A DNA stretch of 64,000 nt from Anaerotignum sp. (GCA_045630845.1 JAZQTP010000045.1:16526-80525), one strand, 5' to 3'; positions 29,062 to 39,051 are shown, counted from the stretch's first letter. Notes: a model not told the origin generated them from the letters alone. Made by a program: numbers and translations.

Positions 29062-29763
29062 TCAGCTTTCATCCGTCATGCGATAGCCAACGCCAACTTC
29101 TGTGAAAATATATTCCGGAGAAGCGGGATTTTTTTCCAGTTTTCTTCTGATATTCGCCATGTTTACCCGTAAAATTTGATTGTCTTTTACTGCATAAGGT
29201 CCCCATAATTCTGTTATGATGAAATCGTAAGTTAGAACCCGTCCGGCACTTTTTGCCAGAAGAGAAACAATCTTAAATTCAATTTGTGTTAGATGGATAT
29301 CTTTGCCATCCACAGTGATTTGCCGTTTGTCGAAATCAATTGTAAGTCCCTTGGCACGGAAAATATCGTTGGCGGAAGAACCGTTGCTTGCCATAATACT
29401 ATGACGCAGGGCAGTACGGATACGAGCCAGCAGTTCCGATGTACCGAAAGGCTTTGCGATATAATCATCTGCACCTAAATCCAGTGCTTCTACCTTATCA
29501 GATTCTTCCCCACGCGCCGAAACAACGATAACGGGAACAGTAGACCATTCTCTGATTTTTTTCAATATTTCAATACCATCCATGTCTGGCAGGCCGAGAT
29601 CCAGCAAAATGAGATCCGGACAATGGGAGGGAATCATAGAAAGAGCCTCTGAGCCACTTTTTGCAATTAGAGGTGCATATGTATTTGCCTTAAGGGTAGT
29701 TGCAATAAAATTACTGATGGCTTCTTCATCCTCTATAATCATGATTTTAATTTTATTCAGCAT
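29062..29763 (-). CDS. OmpR-family response regulator, KdpE-like
   Basis: Receiver domain (IMIIEDE...DLILLDLGLPDMDG) plus a winged-helix output with a KdpE-like tail (LRVNMANIRRKLEKNPASPEYIFTEVGVGYRM). The ATG at 29763 overlaps the last codons of the kinase gene. Confidence 0.8.
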   Translation of the reverse strand: MLNKIKIMIIEDEEAISNFIATTLKANTYAPLIAKSGSEALSMIPSHCPDLILLDLGLPDMDGIEILKKIREWSTVPVIVVSARGEESDKVEALDLGADDYIAKPFGTSELLARIRTALRHSIMASNGSSANDIFRAKGLTIDFDKRQITVDGKDIHLTQIEFKIVSLLAKSAGRVLTYDFIITELWGPYAVKDNQILRVNMANIRRKLEKNPASPEYIFTEVGVGYRMTDES

Positions 29764-31312
29764 TTTCAACTTCTCCTTTCATCGGCAGTAAAAATGTAAA
29801 GCTTGCACCGCCGTTTAGATTATTTTCAGCAAAAATTTTGCCGCCATGAGCAAGGATAATAGATTTACAAATAGAAAGACCGATACCAATTCCGCGGGTG
29901 GAATCGCTGGAGCCGTTGTTTGCTTTTCCGTCAAAGATGTCTGGAATACGAGCAGGGTCTATCCCTTTTCCCGTATCCGAAACGGTGAAAACAGCGCCGC
30001 TTTTTTTATGACTTACCCGCAGCGAAATAGGCAGGATGCTGCCGGAATGACGAATGGAATTTTCAATCAAGTTGATAAGCACCTGTTCGATTAATGTGGC
30101 ATCCATGGGAACGATTAGCATTTCATCGGGTACCTTTACCTGAATAGTCGCATCAGGAAATCTTTTTCTGATTCTTCCGACTGCCTCTCCGACAACTTCT
30201 TCTACGATTTCATCTTGTTTTTTCAGTGTAGTAGTACCGCCACTGATGCGTGTGACAGATAAGAGATTTTCTACCATATGTACTAGCCATTCTGCGTCCT
30301 GCTGAATATCCGTCAGCATTTTTTTCCCAGTTTCCGCGGAGATGAGTGCTCCGCTTTCCAATAGTGTGCTGGCAGAACCAATAATTCCAGTCAGTGGCGT
30401 TCTCAAATCATGAGAAACAGCACGCAGAAGATTACTCCTCATTTTTTCTTTTTCTGTTTCCAGAAGGATTTCCTGTGCCTGTTCCGTCATTTGCTGTTTT
30501 TCTAATGCGAGGATAGTCTGTGCAATCATAACATTGATATAGCTATAGGTATCCTCCAATATCTGCTTAGAATCGTCAAACAAAAAGCCGACTACGCCAT
30601 ATTTCTTATCTCTGGCCATAATAGGAAGATATGTACCCTTGCAGTTTTGGCTGCCGTTTTTGATATCTGCACCGGCAGGAGTACCGCTTTCATAAGCGTG
30701 AGCAGCCACCTGTTTTTCCAGAACACTTGAAAAGATAGTATCGTCTGTTTCATGGACGGTTTTAGTGGTTATTCTATCCGGAGCGGCAGGGTGTCCCAGA
30801 TAGAGTACAACACTGCATTGATTTGCATCGTGGAAATATCCCGCTGCCATTTCTGCAATGGTATGCAAATCAGCAGCAGTCAGGATGGAATTACTCATGG
30901 CATTCAGCGTTTCTGCTTTGATTTTACCTGCGGCAGAAATGGCAGCAGCATTTTTGACCTTTGCAGTCAGAAGGCTAGTCAAAATCGACATCAGCAACAT
31001 TAGTGTGAAAGTGACTGGATAGCCGGAAATTCTAAAATTCAGTGCAAAATACGGAAAGGTGAAGAAGAAGTTTACACCAATTACGCCGCCAATAGATGCC
31101 AGAATACCCCAGATGAATCCTTCTGTTGCAAAGGAAATTGCCGCTACTGCCAGCATATATACACCGAATATATTGTCATTCATTACATCTGCATCATTCA
31201 ACCAAAGAGCAAAGCTGGTTGCGATTAGATAAATAAACAGTGTTTTTGAAAAATTATATAATAAATGGTGGAAATCAAAATTATTTAATGTACGAATAAT
31301 TCTTTTCTGCAT
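29753..31312 (-). CDS. sensor histidine kinase, KdpD C-terminal-half type (DUF4118 membrane domain, GAF-like, HisKA, HATPase)
   Basis: H-box SHDLRTPLT and G-boxes DTGKGI and GIGIGLSICK. It has four N-terminal TM segments and lacks the KdpD N-terminal sensor/Usp region. The start is at the MQKRIIRT ATG at 31312, after GGAGAA. Confidence 0.8.
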   Translation of the reverse strand: MQKRIIRTLNNFDFHHLLYNFSKTLFIYLIATSFALWLNDADVMNDNIFGVYMLAVAAISFATEGFIWGILASIGGVIGVNFFFTFPYFALNFRISGYPVTFTLMLLMSILTSLLTAKVKNAAAISAAGKIKAETLNAMSNSILTAADLHTIAEMAAGYFHDANQCSVVLYLGHPAAPDRITTKTVHETDDTIFSSVLEKQVAAHAYESGTPAGADIKNGSQNCKGTYLPIMARDKKYGVVGFLFDDSKQILEDTYSYINVMIAQTILALEKQQMTEQAQEILLETEKEKMRSNLLRAVSHDLRTPLTGIIGSASTLLESGALISAETGKKMLTDIQQDAEWLVHMVENLLSVTRISGGTTTLKKQDEIVEEVVGEAVGRIRKRFPDATIQVKVPDEMLIVPMDATLIEQVLINLIENSIRHSGSILPISLRVSHKKSGAVFTVSDTGKGIDPARIPDIFDGKANNGSSDSTRGIGIGLSICKSIILAHGGKIFAENNLNGGASFTFLLPMKGEVENAE

Positions 31313-31520
31313 GGTTTTCTCCGCTTTATAAAAATTTGTCATATTATTATACATCATCTGATAAAGAAAAGGAATATAGGTAGCCTTAAGATTATGATAA
31401 AATAAGATAATTTCAGAAAAACAATAGAAAAGAGGATTGCTTCATTGAAAATGCGATAACGCTTTGATATAATTTAAGAATATAATCGTTATTTATGTAG
31501 AAAAAAGGAGTATCTCGGAT

Positions 31521-32774
31521 ATGAAGAAACCGTTTATTACATTAGAACAGGCAAAAAAAATAAAGGAACAATATCCCACACCATTTCATATCTATGACGA
31601 GAAGGGTATCCGTGAAAATGCAAGAAATGTGAATAAAGCGTTTTCATGGAATAAAGGTTTTCGGGAATACTTTGCAGTAAAGGCAACACCTACACCCGGT
31701 ATCCTTCAAGTGCTGAGGGAAGAGGGGTGCGGTGCAGACTGCTCCTCGCTGACGGAGCTGATGCTCTCTGAAGCCATCGGCTGCAAGGGACATGATATTA
31801 TGTTTTCCTCCAATGTAACACCAGCGGAGGATTTTGCGAAAGCTGCCGCACTTGGAGCAATCATCAATTTCGATGATATCACACATATTCCTTTTTTTGA
31901 AAAGCTGGCACCAATTCCTGAAACAGTATGCTGTCGTTTCAACCCTGGCGGCGTATTTCAAGTAAGCAACGAGATTATGGATCATCCTGGTGAGTCTAAA
32001 TATGGCATGACTAAGACACAGATGAAAGAAGCCTTTCGTATGTTAAAGGAAAAGGGAGCAAAGCATTTTGGTATCCATTCTTTTCTTGCATCCAGCACAA
32101 AATCCAACGACTATTATCCTATGCTGGCTAAAATTCTCTTTGAGCTGGCAGTAGAAATGAAAAAAGAGCTGGATATTCATATTGCTTTTATCAATCTTTC
32201 CGGTGGGGTGGGTATCCCTTATGAACCACATGAAGAACCCTGCGATATTTTTGCTATCGGGGAAGGTGTCAGAAAGGTATATGAGGAGGTACTGATTCCC
32301 GAAGGGATGGACGATGTTGCCATCTTTACGGAAATGGGGCGTTATATGCTGGCGCCCTATGGGGCATTGATTTCAGAAGTAATCCATGAAAAGCATATTT
32401 ATAAGGAATATATTGGCATGGATGCCTGTGCGGCAAATCTGATGCGTCCTGCAATGTATGGCTCTTATCATCACATTTCTATCCTTGGTAGAGAGAATGC
32501 TGCCTGCGACCATAAATACGATATTACCGGAGGTTTGTGTGAAAATAATGATAAATTTGCCATTGACCGAATGATGCCGGAAATTAAGATTGGTGATCTT
32601 CTGTTTATCCATGATACAGGGGCGCATGGTCATGCGATGGGCTATAATTACAATGGAAAGCTCCGTTCTGCAGAGCTTTTGTTGCGGGAAGATGGTGGCG
32701 TAAAGCTGATTCGCAGAGCAGAAACAGAAAAAGACTATTTTGCAACCTTTGATTTTACAGGGTTGTTCCAATAA
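31521..32774 (+). CDS. PLP-dependent decarboxylase, Orn/DAP/Arg decarboxylase family 2 (probably diaminopimelate decarboxylase)
   Basis: YPTPFHIYDE...YFAVKATP (PLP-lysine context) and the C-terminal CENNDKF...HDTGAHG motifs. Substrate assignment is not certain from sequence alone. Confidence 0.7.
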   Translation: MKKPFITLEQAKKIKEQYPTPFHIYDEKGIRENARNVNKAFSWNKGFREYFAVKATPTPGILQVLREEGCGADCSSLTELMLSEAIGCKGHDIMFSSNVTPAEDFAKAAALGAIINFDDITHIPFFEKLAPIPETVCCRFNPGGVFQVSNEIMDHPGESKYGMTKTQMKEAFRMLKEKGAKHFGIHSFLASSTKSNDYYPMLAKILFELAVEMKKELDIHIAFINLSGGVGIPYEPHEEPCDIFAIGEGVRKVYEEVLIPEGMDDVAIFTEMGRYMLAPYGALISEVIHEKHIYKEYIGMDACAANLMRPAMYGSYHHISILGRENAACDHKYDITGGLCENNDKFAIDRMMPEIKIGDLLFIHDTGAHGHAMGYNYNGKLRSAELLLREDGGVKLIRRAETEKDYFATFDFTGLFQ

Positions 32775-32806
32775 CCTCGTAGCATAAAAAAAAGTATTTC
32801 ACCTCG

Positions 32807-32861
32807 AACCGACCTCCCAAAAGTCAGATTGAAAATCTGGCGATTGGAAGGTCGGTTTTTT
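32807..32861 (+). terminator. intrinsic terminator
   Basis: aaccgacctcccaa / ttggaaggtcggtt stem with an inner cagatt/aatctg hairpin, followed by T6. Confidence 0.75.
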
Positions 32862-33010
32862 GTGGTGAAACACTTTTTTGCATTTAAGAAAAAGGTAGTC
32901 TTGTTCTGTTGAAAGAACTTCTGCAAAGGTGCGGTTGAAAAAGCTGTGCGAAACAGAATAAGCGGATATTTTCGCATATAAATGCTTGTAAAAAAATATT
33001 TGTGCGTATG

Positions 33011-34633
33011 TTATTTTTTTCTGCCGTATGCTTTTTCTTTTTTTGCAATTTCGATATGCACTTTTTTTCCTTTGATTTTTGCGTTTTTCATTCCGTACAG
33101 AATATCTCTGACATATTCAGAGGGTACATCAACAAAGGTATAGTCGTCATAAAGGTCGATGGCGCCGAGGGTTTTTCCGGGAACGCCGGCTTCGTTGGCA
33201 ATCGCACCGACAATATCCTTTGCGCGAATCTTATTTTTCTTGCCTGCATTGATAAACAGGCGAACCATAGATTCTCCTTCGCCGCCATAAAATTCTGTGC
33301 CGTTAAAGTTAATGTCTTCGATGGCATCAATATCATCAGCAATTGCATCAGCCAGATGATTTTTCAAAAGGGCAGCGGCAATATCAATGCTGGTATATTC
33401 TTCATCCATCAGACGGTCAACCATGTGGATATATTTTGTCAGATGACCTTCCTCGATGATGCCTTTTATTTTTTCAAGGAAGAAGCGTGTTTTCAGTTCC
33501 TCCACATCACTGAGGGTAGGCAGCTTCTGCTGCAGAATTTTTGTCTTGGTATAGCGCATGATGTCACGCAGCTTATAAATCTCCTTGCCAACGCAGAAGG
33601 TGAAGGCTTTGCCGCTTTTGCCGGCACGACCGGTTCTGCCGATACGATGCACATAATATTCTTCATCCTGAGGCACATCGTAGTTGAAAACAATATCAAT
33701 GTCATCAATATCCAGACCTCTTGCCGCTACATCTGTGGCAACCAGAACTTCAATAGTACCATTGCGGAATTTCTGCATGACCTTATCCCGCTGGGGCTGC
33801 TTCAGGTCGCCGTGCAGACCTTCTGCAAAATAGCCGCGCCCCTGTAGCATTTCCACCAGATCATCCACTCTTTTTTTGGTGTTGCAGAAAACCATAGCAA
33901 GGTTAGGGTCATATACATCCATGATGCGGCACAGCGCATCCAGCTTGGATTTTTCCTTTACATCGAAATAATACTGTTCAATACTGGGAACAGTCAGTTC
34001 CTTCCGCACGATTTTAATAAATTCGGGATCTCTCTGGAAGCGTTTGGTGATGTCCAGAATTTCAGGGGAAAGTGTTGCAGAAAAAAGCAGTGTCTGATGA
34101 TCCTCGGGGATTTTTACCAGAATGGTTTCAATATCTTCTCTGAAGCCCATATCCAGCATTTCATCCGCCTCATCCAGAATCATCATCTGAACGGTTTCAG
34201 CCTTGATGGTTCTTCTTCTCATATGGTCCATCACACGACCGGGCGTGCCAATAACAACCTGAGCGCCTTTTTTCAAAGCAGCAATCTGTCTGTCGATGGG
34301 CTGTCCGCCATAGATAGGCAGTACACGAATATTATCCTTATATTTCAGCAGCTTGCGAAATTCCTCTGATACCTGAATTGCAAGCTCTCTGGTAGGGCAG
34401 AGAATCATCGCCTGCAGGCGTCTGTCATCGGGATCAATGCGTTCCAGACAAGGGATACCGAAGGCTGCTGTTTTGCCTGTACCGGTCTGGGACTGCCCGA
34501 TAATATCTTTTCCCTCCAGAATAACAGGGATTGCCTGCGATTGGATTGGTGTAGCTTCTTCAAAGCCCATATCCAATACGGCACGAAGGATTTCGTTAGA
34601 GATGTTCATTTCTTCAAACTTAATGTGTTCCAT
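33011..34633 (-). CDS. DEAD-box ATP-dependent RNA helicase (CshA/DeaD-like, with DbpA-type C-terminal RNA-binding domain)
   Basis: Q-motif/Walker A GQSQTGTGKT, plus DEAD (LDEADEML), SAT and HRIGRTGRAG. A leader of about 300 nt lies upstream, as is common for cold-shock helicases. Confidence 0.9.
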   Translation of the reverse strand: MEHIKFEEMNISNEILRAVLDMGFEEATPIQSQAIPVILEGKDIIGQSQTGTGKTAAFGIPCLERIDPDDRRLQAMILCPTRELAIQVSEEFRKLLKYKDNIRVLPIYGGQPIDRQIAALKKGAQVVIGTPGRVMDHMRRRTIKAETVQMMILDEADEMLDMGFREDIETILVKIPEDHQTLLFSATLSPEILDITKRFQRDPEFIKIVRKELTVPSIEQYYFDVKEKSKLDALCRIMDVYDPNLAMVFCNTKKRVDDLVEMLQGRGYFAEGLHGDLKQPQRDKVMQKFRNGTIEVLVATDVAARGLDIDDIDIVFNYDVPQDEEYYVHRIGRTGRAGKSGKAFTFCVGKEIYKLRDIMRYTKTKILQQKLPTLSDVEELKTRFFLEKIKGIIEEGHLTKYIHMVDRLMDEEYTSIDIAAALLKNHLADAIADDIDAIEDINFNGTEFYGGEGESMVRLFINAGKKNKIRAKDIVGAIANEAGVPGKTLGAIDLYDDYTFVDVPSEYVRDILYGMKNAKIKGKKVHIEIAKKEKAYGRKK

Positions 34634-34923
34634 GGTGTTTTCCTTTCTTTTCTTCGGATTTTTCAGTATAAGCCGAAGAAAGAATACGAAAACAACCCGT
34701 TTTCACGAAAATCCGTGAACGCAAATCGTCATGCCTTTTTGTCAGGCTTCTTCGGCTTTGTCAGTGCTTTCGCAATAAGATATATCTGCGGTGTTAGTAT
34801 GCACAGAATATCTGGAAATTCCCGTTAAAGCACTTGTCTGCGGAAAAAAGCCGCAGATATTCATCATAACAGCTATAGAGGAAAAAAGCAAGGAAAAGAC
34901 TGGAGAAGGGATAAGGAATGTGG

Positions 34924-34952
34924 GTATATTTTCTCTTTAGATAGAGATACTA
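34924..34952 (+). promoter_or_regulatory. possible forespore sigma-G/sigma-F-type promoter of spoVA
   Basis: GTATA (34924-34928), 17-nt spacer, GATACTA (34946-34952). Compared with the GHATR-N17/18-CAHWHTA consensus recalled from B. subtilis there is one mismatch. Confidence 0.35.
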
Positions 34953-34979
34953 ACGAAAAACAAGCGGGAGGTGCTTGCT

Positions 34980-35318
34980 TTGGATACATCAAAAAAAGGA
35001 AAGGCCGTCTATAGTGAGATGGTGAAGCAGCTTTCTCCGAATAGCCCTCTTTTGGGAAATTGTATCAAAGCTTTTTTTTCGGGCGGAGCAATCTGCACGC
35101 TGGGGCAGATTTTACTGGAATGGTATACAGGAAGCGGACTCAATCAGAAAGAGGCGGCGATGGGGGTATCTATTACATTGATTGCCTTATCTGCACTGCT
35201 GACGGCATTGGGGCTATACGAAAAAATGGGGAAGCACTGCGGGGCAGGGACAATTGTACCTATCACGGGCTTTGCCAATTCCGTGGTTTCGCCTGCCATT
35301 GAATTTAAAAAAGACTAG
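34980..35318 (+). CDS. spoVAC: stage V sporulation protein AC, 3'-truncated (interrupted by the mobile element)
   Basis: ...SPNSPLLGNCIKAFFSGGAICTLGQ...GAGTIVPITGFANSVVSPAIEFKKD-stop aligns from memory with SpoVAC up to the GFANS block, but stops about 35 aa early. A TTG at 34980 sits 9 nt after GGGAGG. The ORF-track GTG at 34971 abuts the RBS. Confidence 0.8.
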   Translation: MDTSKKGKAVYSEMVKQLSPNSPLLGNCIKAFFSGGAICTLGQILLEWYTGSGLNQKEAAMGVSITLIALSALLTALGLYEKMGKHCGAGTIVPITGFANSVVSPAIEFKKD

Positions 35319-35428
35319 AAGGATATAATGGGGACAAGACAAAAACATCATAGAGAGATGTGTTGTTTTGACCACGAAACTAAAAATCTAAAGAGGAGGA
35401 ACAATAGAAAAATATAGTTATGACAGAG

Positions 35429-35455
35429 AAGCATCTTCGGATGCTTTTTTGTTTT
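35429..35455 (+). terminator. intrinsic terminator just inside the element's left end
   Basis: aagcatc-ttcg-gatgctt hairpin followed by ttttttgtttt. It would block read-through from spoVA. Confidence 0.7.
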
Positions 35456-35484
35456 GAGAAAAATATGGAAAGGGAGGGTTTAAT

Positions 35485-36600
35485 ATGAGTTATCAATTAG
35501 AAATCAAACAGTTATTGAAATTTCGTCATTGCCGGATATACAGAAGATTTATAAGGGAATTAATGAGAGATATGGACTTAAAAACAAAAGGTACTTCATA
35601 TCTCTTTTTTTATGTCATTCTTTGTTCCTATGCGAACTTTAGAACTTCATATGTAAGGATCGAGTCCAACTATTTCACAGTATATCCTGGGCACTGGGTA
35701 TGTAGGGTAAATGATATTACAGAATGGTTCAGATTAAAGACAAAAAAGAAGACATTAGAAGTATTAGATGTTTTGGTTGAAAAGAATCTGATCAGCTATA
35801 AGCTGCATCACAATGATAAAATCATCAACTTCAAAATAAAGGGATGGAAAGCCAGCAATATGGTGCTGGAGTATAATGCTCCTTGTCAGAAGGAAGATGG
35901 TTTTTTCTTCTTTCCTATCATCCATGCGCTAAAACTCGTAAGAGGCTGTAAATGCTCTGAAGCGGATGTTTTGATAGATATTTGGCTTAATACTATTTTG
36001 AACGATCTGGAGGTCACAGGTTCCCTCCTGGGGCCTATTGCATACTTCAGGGGCATCAGGGAATCTGCTTTGGTAAGCAATTCTGAACTAGCAGCAAGAT
36101 GGGGGATTTCCAGAACGACTGTTTTTAGAGTTCTTAAGAAATTACAGGAGAAAGAATATATTGATGTGATTCATTTTACAGGGGCATTAGGATCAGTGAT
36201 CTACACAAAAAATTATATGCAGACAATGTTTGATGTTGAGGAGTTATATATTGACAGGGAAGAAGTAGTTGCGGTTTTTGAAACAACGGAACGACTGCAG
36301 CCCCAGTCTATGGATTCTTCAGTTATTCTTACTGTTAAAGAACTTTCTGATGATTATGTTGCCGGTTCAAAAGAAGAATTTATTGGTTCAAAAGCGGAGG
36401 GTAGACGACTGGTATCCAAAGTGCGTGAATTGCTGATGAATCAAGGCTTTTCTGAACTTTCAGATGCCTCTGCTATATATAAGTTATCTCCGTTATCTTT
36501 AGACTGCAAGAGAGATATTAAGTCTTATATATTAACTATAGCAATCCACAAAAAAGAACTGTACTTTGAGGTTTGCATCAGGGAGTTGGATGACGGCTGA
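35485..36600 (+). CDS. hypothetical DNA-binding protein (371 aa) with winged-helix/HTH segments
   Basis: SNSELAARWGISRTTVFRVLKKLQEKEYI is a clear HTH. GGGAGGG RBS. Its role (replication or regulation) is unknown. Confidence 0.55.
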   Translation: MSYQLEIKQLLKFRHCRIYRRFIRELMRDMDLKTKGTSYLFFYVILCSYANFRTSYVRIESNYFTVYPGHWVCRVNDITEWFRLKTKKKTLEVLDVLVEKNLISYKLHHNDKIINFKIKGWKASNMVLEYNAPCQKEDGFFFFPIIHALKLVRGCKCSEADVLIDIWLNTILNDLEVTGSLLGPIAYFRGIRESALVSNSELAARWGISRTTVFRVLKKLQEKEYIDVIHFTGALGSVIYTKNYMQTMFDVEELYIDREEVVAVFETTERLQPQSMDSSVILTVKELSDDYVAGSKEEFIGSKAEGRRLVSKVRELLMNQGFSELSDASAIYKLSPLSLDCKRDIKSYILTIAIHKKELYFEVCIRELDDG

Positions 36601-36631
36601 AAGAGAAAAAATGTAGGAAAGGAGGAATACG

Positions 36632-37150
36632 ATGAAAGAGGATCCCAGAAATCAGATTGATGATATGATCTTCCATAACACAGAATTATTGCTGAAAAAC
36701 TATAGGGATGTAGTTTGGAGCCTGGAAGTATCTGTGTTTCATGCAAATAACAGTTTTCTGGAAGAGTACGGCAGCACGTTGGAAGAATTTTTAGATTTAA
36801 GTTATGCGGCAGGCATGGAGATCGAAGCTTCAGATATTGCAACAAGAGTAAAAAGCATGAATCGTAGTAGGAACATGCTTCGGGTCATAGATAGTGCCGT
36901 TGATCTGCTCCGAAAAAAACATAGAAACGGCGAACTGTATTACTGGGTTCTGTACTACAGTTATCTATCTCCGCAGGAATTAGGCAGTATAGCGGAAATT
37001 GTTGAAAAACTATCGAATTACACAAAGGATATGTCGAGGAGAACATATTTCAGACGGCGAGATGAGGCGGTTTTACAATTAGGAAGATTGCTATGGGGAT
37101 ATACAACCAAGGAATGTATGGAAATCCTGGAAAGATTTTTCCCAGAGTAA
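36632..37150 (+). CDS. putative sigma-70 region-4 / ArpU-like transcriptional regulator (172 aa)
   Basis: The C-terminal ...MSRRTYFRRRDEAVLQLGRLLWG resembles the region-4-like HTH of small MGE sigma/ArpU-type regulators. AAGGAGG RBS. The functional call is tentative. Confidence 0.4.
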   Translation: MKEDPRNQIDDMIFHNTELLLKNYRDVVWSLEVSVFHANNSFLEEYGSTLEEFLDLSYAAGMEIEASDIATRVKSMNRSRNMLRVIDSAVDLLRKKHRNGELYYWVLYYSYLSPQELGSIAEIVEKLSNYTKDMSRRTYFRRRDEAVLQLGRLLWGYTTKECMEILERFFPE

Positions 37151-37326
37151 GAAAATGTCACAGAATTGGCACCGGACTGCCAAGAATTGGCACTGGTATT
37201 CCGTATCTTTGGCATTTGGGTTGTGGTAAAATGATAGTAGCTAAAAGTGGCAAAATAATATGAGAATGGGCTGCACTTGATTTTATGATCGGGTGTTTTT
37301 TTATGCCCAGATTTAGGAGGTAAGTG

Positions 37327-37692
37327 ATGAATAAAAGATTGAAAGAAGAATTTTCTGCTCGCTTGGCTCAGGCTGGGCACTTAACGTTTTGTACGGTAAC
37401 GATGTTGGCATACATGGCTAAACCAGTCTATGCCAATGTGACGATTTGGGAGAAAGCAACGGAAATCATGTCTGATCTATATGGAGAAATCGTTGCGATT
37501 TCTACCATTGCTGCTGTTGTGACTGCTGCGATTGCGCTATTGATGATGAACTTTTCCCGTAGTGGCAGAACAGTAGATGAATCCAGAGCATGGCTGAAGC
37601 GCATTATTATCACTTGGGCAATTATCAATGGTTTGGGCTTTATCATGTCCTATATCACACCATTTTTCTCCGGTGGTCAGTGGACACCTTGA
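37327..37692 (+). CDS. VirB2/TrbC-like small membrane protein (putative T4SS pilin-like subunit)
   Basis: Signal-like N-terminus ending PVYA, then two hydrophobic helices (IVAISTIAAVVTAAIALLMM and IIITWAIINGLGFIM). ATG at 37327, 6 nt after AGGAGG. Confidence 0.45.
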   Translation: MNKRLKEEFSARLAQAGHLTFCTVTMLAYMAKPVYANVTIWEKATEIMSDLYGEIVAISTIAAVVTAAIALLMMNFSRSGRTVDESRAWLKRIIITWAIINGLGFIMSYITPFFSGGQWTP

Positions 37693-37781
37693 TAGGCATA
37701 GAACCGTGTGCTAAACTAAAATCAGTTATAAAAAAGATTTTACTGTTTGATTGAAATACTCAAATGATCGAGGAGAATAAA

Positions 37782-38978
37782 ATGGTGAATAGTTACATTG
37801 ATTTTAGCAAGCAACAATTACCTAAGATATACAAAAGACAAGGAAAAAACTGCTATTTAGATCCAATTAGAGAAAAACTAATATTTATTACACCGGAAGA
37901 AACTGTTAGACAACAGGTGATTTCATATTTATTGAATGTTTTAAATGTTCCTGCAAAAATGATTGATGTAGAAATACATCTTTCTCATTATGGCATTAAA
38001 TCAAAGCATAGAGTAGATATATTGATTAATAAATATAACGAGAGTAATAATTCATTGGAACCTCTTTGTGTTATAGAATGTAAAGCGCCTACAATTATGT
38101 TGGGAGAGTCTGTTCGGAATCAAATGGTTGATTACTGTGATGAACTTGGATGTAATTATTCTATGATTACAAATGGCCATGATGTTCAATGTTATCATTA
38201 TGATGACAATAAAAGTGCTTATATAGCAATAAAAGAATTGCCAAAGTATTTAGACCTGGTAAAAGGTGAGTATGTGGAACTGCCTGATAACAAGATTCTA
38301 CCCCGCTTGCAATTTGAAGAATTATTCGAAAATGAAAATTGGAGAGCATACATTTATTCAGATATGGGTGAGGCAATAACAAAAGAGCTTGCTATTCCAA
38401 TGGTTAATTTTTGGGAAGGCTTAATTTATCCAGAACACAAATTCCCTAAAAAAGACTTCAAGTTATTTTCAGTGATTGATGATTTGGGTGTTAGATTGCT
38501 TTCTTATGGAAATGCATCTGGGGGAAAGTTTCAGGGACCATATCGTTCTTTTTTGGTCGAATATAATGGCAGTACTGAAATTGTTTCTTTGGGCTTTTCT
38601 ACATATCTTACTACAGCTAAACCAGATGTTGTTCGCACTTGTATAAGTGTGGCAATAGATAATGAAAAAGATACGCATCACGCACTACAATTAGTTGTTG
38701 ATGATAATGTATCTGTAATAGGTTCTAAAGTAACATTTTACCACCATGGGAGAATTGGCATTAGCAATAAGGGAAGTGGAAAGATTGATGAATTGAGACA
38801 ATTTGTTTCAGAACTTTATCCTGAAATAATCCATGGAAAAAGATTTAATCTGGGTACTTTGGAAAATGATCATTTATGGAATCTCGATGAAGATGATATG
38901 ATAAAAGTAATTGAAAATTTTATATCATATGCACTTGTAAGAGATGAATATCGTAATTTTGTTAAAAATAACAGGTAA
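37782..38978 (+). CDS. HsdR_N-like PD-(D/E)xK nuclease-domain protein with an unassigned 250-aa C-terminal region (AT-rich cargo)
   Basis: PEETVRQQVISYLL...HRVDILINKY...PLCVIECKAP...YSMITNG matches the type I restriction enzyme R-protein N-terminal domain pattern (D...E-x-K). ATG at 37782 after GAGGAG. Confidence 0.6.
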   Translation: MVNSYIDFSKQQLPKIYKRQGKNCYLDPIREKLIFITPEETVRQQVISYLLNVLNVPAKMIDVEIHLSHYGIKSKHRVDILINKYNESNNSLEPLCVIECKAPTIMLGESVRNQMVDYCDELGCNYSMITNGHDVQCYHYDDNKSAYIAIKELPKYLDLVKGEYVELPDNKILPRLQFEELFENENWRAYIYSDMGEAITKELAIPMVNFWEGLIYPEHKFPKKDFKLFSVIDDLGVRLLSYGNASGGKFQGPYRSFLVEYNGSTEIVSLGFSTYLTTAKPDVVRTCISVAIDNEKDTHHALQLVVDDNVSVIGSKVTFYHHGRIGISNKGSGKIDELRQFVSELYPEIIHGKRFNLGTLENDHLWNLDEDDMIKVIENFISYALVRDEYRNFVKNNR

Positions 38979-39051
38979 CGATATTATAAGTAAAAGTGTA
39001 ATAATTATTGTTATGAGGAATAATAAATTCCCCAATTATAGAATAGAAATT

